Assembly (NCBI GenBank): GCA_021432655.1
Contig: MU271611.1
Location: forward strand, 1 to 39,432
DNA from: Atractiella rhizophila
Lineage: Eukaryota
DNA length: 39,432 nucleotides
Direction: 5' to 3'
Shown: positions 22,906 to 37,825 of the stretch, piece after piece
Layout of the letters: every line of letters starts with the position of its first letter
Position numbering within the stretch: the first letter of the stretch is position 1
Program-made: the position numbers and the translations under genes
The notes under the pieces: generated by a model
Database searches by the model: none
The model's input: only the letters and a program-made list of their open reading frames with translations
What the model was told of the DNA's origin: nothing

Positions 22906-23925
22906 ATGTCACTCGCGCCGTCGCTAGAGGCCTGGCACGCACCATCGACCCGCTCCGACCTCATTTCCACGCTCATAAACTCAGTAGACAGGTACAATCC
23001 CAACAACGTTGGAATCCTCGAGGCATATTTGTTGGAGCAGCTGAAAGGAACGACGCAGTACGATGCATTAGCCAATTTGGCCATTCTCAAGCTGTATGCT
23101 CTCTCTTAATCTGTACATGAGATTGGGAGAATGACTGGTTGTGCGATATCGTATGTAGGTATCAGTTCAACCCTGAACTGAGCTCGACTGAAGTTATACT
23201 CAACATCCTTCTCCTCACCCTCTCTTCAAACCCCTTCTCCCCAGACTTCTCCCTCGCCCTCTCCCTTCTCTCCTCCGTATGTCTTCTATCCCTTCATGCG
23301 AGCCGATACTCAAGTGGTTCGTATCCGCGAGACAGATCTCACCTCCGCTAGCTCCACTCCCACCTCTCTCGTCGCATCTTCAAGCGCGCCATTTCCCCCA
23401 GTTCTGGGCATATCTACGGAGCGAAGAGTGCACTGGTGTACGGAGTGGGTACATGGAGGATATTGAGGGGTTTGAGAAAGGGTGCGTTGGCCATCTTTCG
23501 CTCGTCCTCGCGTTATTGACTGATCTTGGTGGTAGCGTGCGGAAGAACATTTTGAAGGAGATAGAAGGAACATTCTCCCGTATCTCCTCTTCACGTCTCG
23601 CGCGGTGGCTTGGCCTTGGTGCGTCCGCCATATCGTCGTTGTTGGCAAAAACTGATGTTGACTTCTTGGCATGGTGCTGCAGAAGAGAGCGATGCTAAGA
23701 TTTCTGAGTTAACTGAAGAGCTAAGCTGGACGAAGGATGGAGAGTGGTATAATATTCCAGAGAATCAATGGAATACGGTTGTTGTTTCTACTGGTGGAGG
23801 CAAGAGAGAGGAAATCAAGAGTGAACGTAGGTCTCCCTTTCTTTCTTAGGATGATGTTGATGCTCACGATTCGTTGGGGAACAGAGATCGCAAGGCTTGT
23901 GGCTGCTGGTGGAAGGAAGTTGTGA
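22906..23925 (+). CDS. EIF3K: Translation initiation factor 3 subunit K
   Basis: INSVDRYNPNNVGILEAYL, YDALANLAILKL|YQFNP, PFSPDFSLALSLL, LQARHFPQFW, a PCI-type C-terminal region, and a final exon EIARLVAAGGRKL*. Confidence 0.92.
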
Positions 23926-24192
23926 TGTTGTTATTGTAGATCTGAAAATGGAAGAGCTATTCCATCTCCTCATTCCTGCTCCCCGCCTCATTTGGCTTAA
24001 GGTCTCCACTCATGTCGTAAAGTGCATGGAGGCTTCTACTCTATCTTGTCTGTACAAGTGGGAGGATAGCATGGCTCCACGGCTCACTCGATGATATGTA
24101 ATGTCTCGGAAGGTTTGATCTAAGCTCGCTTCAAGGTTTTAATTTGGCTAAGGCCAGGCCAAAAGCCAGCAAGAGCCGAGGTAGGTGGACAA

Positions 24193-25213
24193 ATGCGTAT
24201 CAACCTCCTCCTGTTCAAGGCGCCATCCCCCTCCAACTCGAAAGACGACTATCTCTCCCTGTCCCTCCCGTTGCCTCACACCATCCGCACATCCTACATA
24301 CCCGTCCTCAGCACCCAGTTCTGCAACCTCTCCCACTTGCGAGACGTATTGGTCGCGGAAGGAGGCGACAGAAACAGAAATGTAGTGTTCACCAGCCCTC
24401 GCGCTGTAGAAGCTTATAAACTGGCCTTATTCGATCAATCTACTTCTTTATTAAATGTGGAAGAGGCATCGTCATTAAAAAGGTATACAGGAAGGAAATT
24501 CTTCGTCGTGGGACCTGCGACCAAAAGAGCTCTGATGGGCTTGCCGGAGGAAATCAGGCCTGAAGAAGGGGAAGTGGAGGGAGAAACGAGTGGCAGTTCG
24601 GAGGCTTTGGCTCGACATATTCTTGCTACGTTTCCTCGGCTAGCATCCGACGCAGGATCCAAGCACGAAAGCCGCCAGGATCATGACCTTGAACATGGGA
24701 ACGAATCAAACGGAGGAGAAGGATTCATATATCTAGTGGGAGACAAGAACTCTCCACTGTTCTCCAGTCTCCTTCGAGAGGCAGGACACGAAGTGGACGA
24801 GATTCAAGTTTATTCTACCTCCCCAGACATCGAACCCCTCAAATCCTCCCTCCAGGCTATCTCTCCGCCTTCCTCGAGCGACGAACGAGTGATAGCCCTC
24901 TTCTTCTCACCTTCTTCCGCACGAGTCGCTCTCCCACTCACACAAGAGCACTTCAAAAACCATAAATCACCAGAACTAGAGTTGGTAGTAGGAGCGATTG
25001 GAGGGACAACCCGAAAGTATCTCGAAGAGGAGGAAGGATTGTCCGTCCCTATCGTTGCAAAGACGCCATCGGCGGAAGGAGTCGAAGAGGCGATAAAGCA
25101 ATGGATCGTGAGTTTCCCTTTCCTCCCTTCCATTTCCTTCTTACGATACCTTTGTTTTACATTGGATTAATCGTATCGTGGTGCAGATGGTTACTCCGTC
25201 GAGCACAAAATGA
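24193..25213 (+). CDS. HEM4: Uroporphyrinogen-III synthase
   Basis: IPVL, VFTSPRAVEA, FFVVGPAT, LVGDK, IQVYST, FFSPS, AIGGTT, AKTPSAEGV. A short last exon follows intron 25108-25186. Confidence 0.9.
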
Positions 25214-25595
25214 TTAGCCGAAAGGATGGGATCGAGCAGTCAGATCGCTGGGTCGAGCTTCACTAAGTCGAAAGGGCAGTACAACGAGAAAGACTCAACA
25301 ATATCCTGATCCTGAGCTGCCTGGACAAAAGAACTAGATATTGGTCGAAGAGCCCATAATCTCACATCATATGGTAAAGGAAGGTCGCGGGATAGTCAAG
25401 GCTGGATGCTGAGTGGGACAAACAGTTCGTCCTCACCTTCACTAACTGTTTCAAAACTCAAAGTTCTTTCTCAAAGTTTTAAAAGCCATTGTGCTTCTTT
25501 TTCTTTGGATATATTTAGTGATACACCAATTCTCTTACCACCGAACTCAACTGTACCAAATAAACAAGATTGCCATATTATTCCCATCCAAGAAC

Positions 25596-28521
25596 TCAGA
25601 ACTGCCCCGTAAGCCGAATATCCCGACTTGAAGCACCAACACGGACTCCAAACGTCCCTGCAGGTCTGACCCAGGCGAGAGCGCTGTTATCCCATATCCT
25701 GTCGCATCCACAACTCGTTATTCCCGCATTTCCTATTAACAAGCAAATGAAAGAATACGCACTGCAAGTCTTGCTTCCGAAGTGAAATCGTCACCTGTTG
25801 CTTCGCTCCGGCGGCAATCAAGACATTGTCAAACCCCCTTAACAGCTGAGGAGGCTCCCCGCTGCCAGATGGGAAGGCGAGGTACACCTGTGGGACTTCT
25901 CTACCAGCTACTGTTCCAGTATTGGCAATGGTGAACGAGATGGTCGCGCCATCGCCCGAGGCGGATATGGAAAGACCGGAATACTGGAAGGTGGTATATG
26001 ACAGTCCAAAGCCAAATTCGAAGCGTGGAGTTATGGAGGCGGAATCAAAATGCCGATAATCCAGGAAGAGGCCCTCCGTGAATTGAATGGTAGGAGAGGC
26101 GTCGAAGGAGAAGTAGAGAATATCTAGTTGCTCCATCAGCAGGGGATGTCGCAGGGAAGGGACAAGACGAACCGGTTGGATAATCTGCCCTTGCTTTGGC
26201 CACAGTGTAAGGTAGTCTCCCGCTCGGGTTGACAGTTCCCCAGAGAACATCAACGAGTGATGGCCCACTTTGTTCTCCTGGAAGGCCCGCTGCATTTCTC
26301 GTCAGCTCTATATTGGGAAGGGGAAAGAGAAAAACGAACCAAGCAAGACAGCGGTCACATTAGGATGTTGTATCCACTGCTCCATATCGACTGGTCCCAC
26401 CGTATGAATCACGACGATCGTGTTCTTGTTGACCGCGGCCACGGCCTTGATGAGGTCGTCCCCAGAGTGCCATAGTATCAAATCGTTCCTGTCTCCAAAG
26501 TTCCACTCAACCGAAGTCAGGCCAGAGCCAATCTCGCCGGAATCTGCGTTCACGAATACAATGGCAGCTTCTGTCAGTGAAGCTGCCTTCGCGCCGTCAC
26601 CCGTATTGTCGCTGATGGAGGAGGTCAGGGCAATGTTATTCGCCGCTGCTTGAGTGGTAAGGGAAACGATAGGGGGGACGAGGAAGTCGAGAAGATTAGT
26701 GCCCGATCCCCAACTACGGAAAGTAGATCAGCAACAAAAGCGAGAAAGTCGTGCTGCCATACCCAATGGAAAGCGTCCCATTCACGCAGGTATTCATATC
26801 GCAATCCTTCTTAGCGTAGCCAGCATCACTTCCAACAACTGCCAAGCTCTTCAAACCAGCCTTAAGTGGTAAAGCGCCGTTCGAGTTCTTCAATAAGACG
26901 GCAGATGCACTTCCGATCTGCCTGATCAATTGCGTGTGAGCGTCGCTCCTGACATTCACATGCTGGTTCTGGGAATTGCTGGCAGATTGGACATTGAAGT
27001 TCGTCGCAGGAAAGTTTGTTTCCTGCCTCAAGCGGTAGTAGGGAGTCAGGATGCTATGGCACATCGTTGTGATTAGCATCATCATCCCATTATGGAAGGA
27101 AATGGAAAACGGATACCGAATCGTCATGCTGTCGATGAGCGCTTCAGATACAGCTCCGTTTTTCACCTGATCGAGTAGGCTACCACCTGTGAAGACGCTC
27201 GCGAGGCCGGCATACACTCCTCCTCCTACGAGGATCCAATCACCTGGTTGCCTGTGCGACAGTAAGTCAGCGAATGGAAGGCTGTAAGATGATGAGAGCA
27301 GATCTCACTCCATATCCAATCCTGCTTGTACGGTCGACTGTGCGCTCCCATGACTTGCTCCCCAATCTGACATTACATAGCCTTGGAATCCTCCTTCGCC
27401 TAGAAACAACGGTTGAGCCACTCTTTTAGGTAGTACTTAGGAGGCAGGCTAACCTTTTAGAAGGCCACCTTCACCGATGAGGAACGGATCTTCGCACCCG
27501 TAAGTTTCGTTGAAGCGATTGTACATGCACATGACGCTCGAGACGTCAGCGTCGATAGCCCTCAGATATGGCTGCCAATAGATCTCGTGCAGAGTTCGAT
27601 TGTCGACTTCAGCAGAATAGGTGAATCGATAATGTTCTTGGATGTAGGCGAGAAACTGTGACAAAAACCCATTTCGCATTGGTAAGATTCACACTCCAAG
27701 TCAAGGTTGAAGAGAAAGGGGAAGAACCCACATGTTTGGCTACTGCTTGTACTCCCACGCTTTGAACACCCTGAATCGTTTCGAATCCGCCTTCGCCATT
27801 AAGCCATGGATCTGTGGTACAACGTTAGTCCCATTTAGTTTTGGTGAAAACATGCAGACCAGCTCCAAAGGATTCCCAGGCACGTCCTCCTTCAGGAGAA
27901 CGCATTGGGTCGATAGCGGGACCCAGCTAGATAAGGAAATGATAAGACTTATGTAAAGGATACCAAAGGTAGCAACGTGCGAAAACATGGATTCCTGCCA
28001 TCCAGCGGTAAGAGTGCTGCTCTAGGTGAGATTATTCTACGCACCTTTCGCTCGGAACTCTTCCCCAATAGCCACTCCTCTTTGTCTGATCAAATCCCGG
28101 TTGAAGCTATCATTGCCCTTGTTTAAGTTTCTTCACATACCCAAGATATTGGACTCACGTAGCGGCAGCATTGATGCCTATCAAATCATCACAGTCAGTT
28201 ACACTCAAGGCGCCAACTCAAGCGGAACTCACCTGCTGGAAATGCAGAGACCAAATCGACCAACCTTACACCAGCAGGTCCATCGTTCAAACAGATAGAA
28301 GGCAAGCCAACACGGGCGACAGCATGAGTGTTCCCGACGCATTGAGAGCCAAATTGTCCCATGCCATACATCAGCCCCACCTTCTCTTCCAAAGTCAAGG
28401 ATGAAATCGTGGCAGCAGCCAACGACTTTGCTTCGTCCCATGTGCGGGGAGTGATTTGTGCACCTACCCCGATGATGGAGAGGGGTAGGAGATGCAGAAG
28501 GAGAGTGGGAAGGAAGGTCAT
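25596..28521 (-). CDS. Secreted glycoside hydrolase family 3 beta-glucosidase with C-terminal Fn3-like domain
   Basis: Signal peptide; [47 protein letters not shown]; nucleophile motif YVMSDWG; VLLKN; ADSGE...[42 protein letters not shown]. Confidence 0.95.
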
Positions 28522-29086
28522 CTCGGATATTGATAACAACTCCAAGGTATCCGACTAAAATGGGTATGCGGCCTCGAAGAATGAACGAGCTTTGATGCTC
28601 TCTCCGCTGGCGGGAAGAAGATATGCAACCACCACCTGGTGGCTTTATAAGGGGCTCTCGAAGGGGTCACGCGGTCTTGACTCCCGCTTGGAAAAGATCA
28701 GGAGCATGAGGCTGATTCTGTGGCACATTATGGTCGAAAGACGCTGTCAAACTGCGTGCGGAAGCCAGAAGGTAATCATTCGCTCCAAGTAAGCAGGTGG
28801 GGACGAAACGCTGAGCACGAATAAGCACGAAAACGATGGTCCAACGCGTCTGCGGAGGAAGTTAGGGGAACCGTTCCGCGGGACCGGGAACCGAATGGCA
28901 CTTAGCAAAACCTTTTCTTCTTTAAGGCGATAACTTTTTGTGCTTTTTGTGCCTAATGCGGCTAACTAGACAAATAGTTCAAGTTGATAGAATACTTTGA
29001 AAGTCTATGCGTTCCCATGCTTTTGTGTGACGTATTTACTTGATCCCATTGCCCAAATTTGCGTTCAACCAAAGATGCTACAACCA

Positions 29087-30124
29087 TCAAGAAATGAGTT
29101 TCTTCAAAATCTCCATTGTCTCTTCTGGGTTCTTGACCGAATGTCCAATCGTCCTACTGTCCTCATAGATCTCGTAATCGTTCCCTCCTTTGAAAGTCTT
29201 GTCTCCGAAGAAATGAATCTCTTTGAAGTTCTCGTTCTCAATGTGTCGCAGGCAATAAGTTTTGTCCCAACCTGGTCATGCTAGAGTAAGCGTTAAGCAT
29301 AAAGGATTGGGTGGGGGACTAACCGGTAGGGAAGACATCGAAGGAGATCTGACCGCCAATCGAATACGTTAGGCCATAATCAGCGAATTCCTTTTGTAAC
29401 GCTTCTACCAGCGCCTTTCGCACACCAGCTTTCTAATATTCCACGTTTGATCTATCCATCAATCTGAAGAAGATTTGAGTAGGGCATACCTTATCAAACT
29501 CCTCAAAGTCATTCCTCTCCTGAACAGAGGCGTTCCTGCCAATCGGACTAACATTGATCATGCCGTTTCTGAACTCTATGAACGTTCCTCTGCGATTCCT
29601 CCATTAACATGTCAGATAACAAAGATACGAACAGACTAACCGAACGATAGGAATATCGGTGCGATCGGAAAGCCAGCGAAGGATAAAGCGCGCCATCTTG
29701 GCATATCGCTCCTCACCCAAATGTCCAATGAAAGACTGGGACGCAAACTCCTTCCCGAGCTTGTAAGCCGTGAGTCCATTCTCGGAGAAGCAAAAGTCGA
29801 AGAGTTCAAGAACTTCAAACCCAACCACCCCAACAAGTTACCCAACATTCCAAGAACGAAATGAGGAAGCTCACCTTTCTCCCCCAGCTGCTCCCGCTGC
29901 TTCGCAAGGTCGGAACCACCAACGAATCCAATGACTATCTTCTTGCGCGCGTCTTGAAGCAATTGCAGCATCTCAGGGCTGACCTCTCGCCTGGCAGGCG
30001 TGAGTGTGCCATCGACGTCGAAGAGGCAGATGATGTCGCCCTAACCAAGTTTTGATCAGCCATGGCAGCTAATCTATCCAGATATTCTTACCTTTGGCCT
30101 AGAAGAGAACTCAGGAGGAGACAT
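29087..30124 (-). CDS. SEC53: Eukaryotic phosphomannomutase (HAD IIB), paralogue 2
   Basis: [85 protein letters not shown]. Intron positions match paralogue 1. Confidence 0.95.
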
Positions 30125-30497
30125 ACTGATTGATGGAGGTGGATTTGATGCTGCAACTTAAGTGGATTGATCTGATGGCGCGTACGCACAACGTACAACT
30201 GAGCGACGCCTAACTTCATTGGAGTTAGACTTCCGCCCGCCCTCACCTCCCTGATCACGAAAGAGAGCTTCAACCAACAACCAGCTAACAAAGTTGGTGC
30301 AGGTCTGTCATAGGATTTATGTAGTGTAAAATTTGTGTGTTGTATATTGACCAGCTGCTGTATTGTTTTCTGAGGATATTCAAGGCGCCTTCGGTGAGTT
30401 CCATTGTTGAGTTGTTCGCACTGGGTCAACTACCAAGACGTGTATACTTATTGTTCATATCACAGGTAGCAGAAATTAAACCAGCTTTGACCTCACA

Positions 30498-31534
30498 ATG
30501 TTGACCTCCGCTCCTACTCCAGTTGCTGGCGAGCTGCACACCTACACACCTCCAGATGTCCTCATCCCGCTTCCTCTCTTCCTCTCAGGATCTTTGGAGT
30601 CCAAGAAAGTCCTCGTCTTCATTCCCGGATTATTTGACGGACTGTCGACTGTTCCCTGGACTACCCCTCTTTCTGAAAGGTTGAAGAATGAAGGATGGGC
30701 TCTTGCTCAACCTCATTTGAGCTCTGCTTACAAGGGATTTGCTCGTGGCTCTTTGGATAGAGATGTGGACGAGATCGAGTGGGCAGTCCAGTATCTAAAG
30801 CGTATTGGTCAGTTTTCATGTCGTATGTAGTCTATAACTCTCATCCTTTAAGTCTGGGACAGGCAAGGACGAGATCGTTTTGATGGGTCATTCAACCGGT
30901 TCTCAGGATACGATACACTATTTACTGAACAAATCTACGGATTCAATCAAAAAAGCAATTCTTCACGCACCAGGTCTGTTTCTTTGGACTCAAAAGACCT
31001 TCAGCTTCTTACACTTTCCATCAATCAGTGTCCGACCGTGAAGGTTTCCCCGTCAGCCCTTCTCTCGCATCCGAGCTCGCAGCCTCGTACGCAGAGTGCA
31101 AAGCGAAAGGAACAGAGCACAAGACGATCGCGCCACAAGCAGCCTGCGACGTCCTCTTCGGGGTCGGAGTGAGCGTTTATCGTGCTTATTCTCTCTTCTG
31201 CGTTGGAGGAGACGACGATTACTTCTCCTTCTCTCTCCCCGACACAGGCGATGAACGTCGCGCATTCTCGCAGACGTTTGGACAACTCCCTCCTCATATT
31301 CCAGTTTTGGCACTCTTCAGTGGAGAAGACGAATACACAACGAATATTAAGACAGTCCAACCTCAGCTAATCGAGAGGTGGACTCGGGCCGCCCCGAAAG
31401 GAGTCTTGACAACCTATGTTCTGGAAGGTGCCGACCATCGTGTTCATATCGAAAGCGCGGCAGCAAAGTTGATTGACAAGGTGGTGGAATTTTTGCAGTT
31501 GGATGAAAGAGAAGGTCTGCAGGCACGAATTTGA
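30498..31534 (+). CDS. DUF1749 (UPF0613) alpha/beta hydrolase
   Basis: LVFIPGLFDGL, SSAYKGF..GSLDRDVDEI, nucleophile elbow MGHSTGSQD, APVSDRE, GGDDDYFS, LFSGEDEY, GADH. Confidence 0.88.
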
Positions 31535-31637
31535 AGTCTATTGCACGAACTTGAAACTTGAAACAAAGAATGTAACAAAATTATCTCGTTAGACGTCATC
31601 CAACTGTTTTCCATGCGATTATGTTCACACAACCTAA

Positions 31638-34547
<2,910 letters not shown>

Positions 34548-36044
34548 TGTGCCCTGGATTATTTATTCTGATGAGAAGATGCTGCTGATATCGTCGCGAT
34601 TTACACGTTCTGGCTTCGCTCAACGGTCAACGTTCAACTTTTTTGGGGAGAACGAACGCCAGCGGACGAGTTCGAACTGGACGTACGACTAAACAAGTCA
34701 TTCGGCCGTGCCCTTGCTCCTTGTTGTCGCTCAGTTTTTTATCCAAACGATCAAGAGCACTTCGCGCCACTCTCAGTGCCTTGCTCTAGCCGAAGAGAAC
34801 GTTTTGCGGTACTGTAACTCGGAATAGGTGGAAAAAATAAACGATTATGTAAACCTGAAGTACGGAGCATGGAGCAAGGGAATAGAAATTTTCTCTGAAA
34901 GAAAGATGGATGGACAGGTGCGAAAAATATACACTCTCAACAGTGAAGGAACGATTTGAGAACCGTCATGTTTTCCTGAAGTGATCCAGGCCACAAGGCT
35001 TGGAAAACAGAGAAGCTCACGTCAAGTGAGGAAAAGGTCAACGTTTGAAAACGTTGAACCTCCTGCTGCTGCTGGGATGCTTCAGTTGAGCGAATGATAT
35101 GACCACGACGAAGTAGTCATTTGTATGTCTGTATAACAGAATTTTTGGTTTGCCTGGAAGGAGCAAACTGGTCAAAGGACCAAACCCGGAATACAGTTGC
35201 CCCTTGGCATGTTAGAGGCAAGTTCTTGTAACCACCTTTCCATTTCCTATTCGCTCTCAGGTCTGCGCGCTAGTGTCTCCAAGTAAAATGTGGCAGCTGC
35301 GATTTGATTGCAGTGAGGTGTGGGAGATTCTTTGGAGGAACCCTTTCACATTTGCCGAAACGTGATAGCTTGATAGACGATGGTGTAGAGAAACGTGATT
35401 TCCTTCTGCGACATTATTTTTGTGGGATTAGATGTAAACAACGCAATGAAACTGTTGTGAGCTCCCATATGGAGCATCCAGAGGAGTTTCACCGTTCGGT
35501 CGCAAGCCATTGTCAAATCTACTTCTATGTCTAGCGCTTATCCTCTGGATATGTATTTGGATTGATTCTTATATAACTATTGGAATAAGAAAGCACGCGT
35601 GAAGAATCAAGCAAGATAGTATAAAGAGATTGCTCTTCATATGAAAAGGTGGAAGGAATGAGAGGTTCATTTCGTTTGCAGTATTTCCAGTCGCTGCGAG
35701 TATCGAGAATCACCTTGTTCCCGCTATTATTTGTCCATGATTAGCGATAGACAATGTTGTTGCGCTTGTGGTTTTGTTTATGGTCACGTGTTGGAATTCA
35801 TCGATAATTCAAGCTCACGTCAATGCGAAAACTTCCCTTTGTTTGTCCGCACGGTCCCCGCTCAACCAAACATCCATAAACCCCAGAACAAGTTGAACGA
35901 GACGAGCCTCGATTCAGCTCGAATCTGCCTACCTGTCAGTGTACCATATCAAAAAGCGGATGTAGCCAGCGAGAACGACTTTCTTTCATCGATCTTCGGA
36001 CCTTCCCACACGTTTCGTTTCGGAGCATTCCCCGATTGCCCAAC

Positions 36045-37522
36045 ATGGGGATTTGCACTTGTAGTTCATCTTACGCCTGTCCAATACATTATTCTCCTCA
36101 TTTCAGCCATCGCCAGCACGCAGAATCGCGTCACGAGTTGCGCAAGCTATCCACATCCTCGAGACGGGTTGTGGAAGTACCTAAACTGACATACCCGCAA
36201 CATTCATCGTCTCCAGTCAACTTTAATCCCGGAACTTTTGGCACAACAGCAGGTATGTAGTCGCCAAAGAAGTAAGATTCGTTCACATAGCTGATGGATC
36301 TTGCAGGCAAAAGGTCCGACTCCCATCGCCATCGACCACCTGGAGCAATCCAGGTATCTTCATCTCAGCGATCTCAGCAATTGCAGCCTGAGTCCGACCC
36401 GTATCCCCTCAACCCCTCTAATAGCTCTTGGGATGATGCTTCAGTAAAAGCCCACCACAGTTTTGGGCAGCATGAACACGCCTACCACCCGTCCGTGAAC
36501 GGCTCGAACCAGCTGGTACCTGACAGATTTTTCCGCGCAAGCCCTCGTACCGATCAGCCACCACATCGCATAATACCTTTTGATTATTCCTCTGAAGACG
36601 TGGACGCTCAAATTCCGTCGCCTATTTCGTCACACAACAGCTTTACTGTTCCTTGCTTGGGCATCGACACTCGAAACGCGCAAACAGTTCCAACGACGCG
36701 TTTTGAGGAAACCTTCAACGATTTGGGCGGCGGAGCTCACACCTTTTTCGCCTTACCTCCTGTGGAAGCAGCGAGGAAGGTCAGACGTGAAATTTCATAT
36801 CTCGTCAAAGGTCTTCCAAAGAATCCCACGGAGTTTGATGCCGCCTCGACCTTGCCCACTCATAATCTGACAAGCTTGGAGACACGGCTCGCGGGCTTGG
36901 AGGTCTTGGATATTCGCGATGAGGAGCTGACCCAGAAATTCGCTTCACAGCTCCGAAATGTCAGAGACAGGTGGATTGGGCGGATCCAAGGTTGGATTGT
37001 CAAACTGCAGGGTAAATCTCTAATTGTCTTTGTCTCTCTATGTTTAAACTCGCTCTTGGAACAGAAGACGATCCGGTTTTGAAACGAGGAGACCGCTCCC
37101 CTCAACGGTACGGCTTCAAGCGACGGAGTGAGGACAGTACCGGAAGTATCAAGGACAGCAACATGGTCCCAATGGGAATTACGACGGCTAATTCCGCTTT
37201 CGCAGTGGCACTTTCGTCCGTGGAAACTATTTCGATGCAGGAGCGATTAGAGAGGGGATTGATTCGCTGGACTGAATCCCTCCCTTTGTTCGACATTGGT
37301 CCAATGCGCGGTGCATCGGTCCACTCATTGTCTGCTGATGAGGCCTGTAAACACGACTGGCCAGCGAATAAAAGTGACATCGATGATGGAAGGCCGCAAA
37401 TCAGGAACACCCATGCAATAATACAACGACTCGTGGACCGTCGGATATTAAGCGAAAAGGACCAGCTGTCAGTAGCTCTCGTTTGCCGCACTGCATTAGA
37501 GAATGATATCATTGGGCGATAG
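36045..37522 (+). CDS. Hypothetical multi-exon protein, no recognised domain
   Basis: Three successive ORFs (36036, 36294, 37040) join in frame through GTATGT...CAG (~36253-36306) and GTAAAT...CAG (~37012-37064) introns. The start codon and 5' exon structure are uncertain. Confidence 0.55.
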
Positions 37523-37745
37523 ACAATACGAGAATTGGCTTTCTGCACTAGATGCGCCACTGTGAATACAACACAAACACCTCTCAAACACCTTTCAACA
37601 CTCTCATAGTCCGTTTTAGGGAATCTGGAAGTCCCATTTTAAGTCAGATAAGTAGCATGGTGTAAATAGTCCGTTTTCAATGTTGTTTCAATGCCTATGA
37701 CACAGCTCTTGAACAAGCCAACCAGCAGAAGATGAGGAACTCACA

Positions 37746-37825
37746 AGCACACTGACATTTTAGCACACTGACATTTTAGCACACTGACATTTTAGCACAC
37801 TGACATTTTAGCACACTGACATTTT
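37746..37825 (+). repeat. Perfect minisatellite, 5 x 16 bp AGCACACTGACATTTT
   Basis: Five identical units read directly. The last unit overlaps the TAA stop (37824-37826) of the minus-strand lyase gene. Confidence 0.97.

Noticed and set aside
35304..36040. Small ORFs between pyruvate kinase and the orphan gene
   Set aside because: Non-ATG or weak starts, no recognisable motifs and no consistent splice structure.
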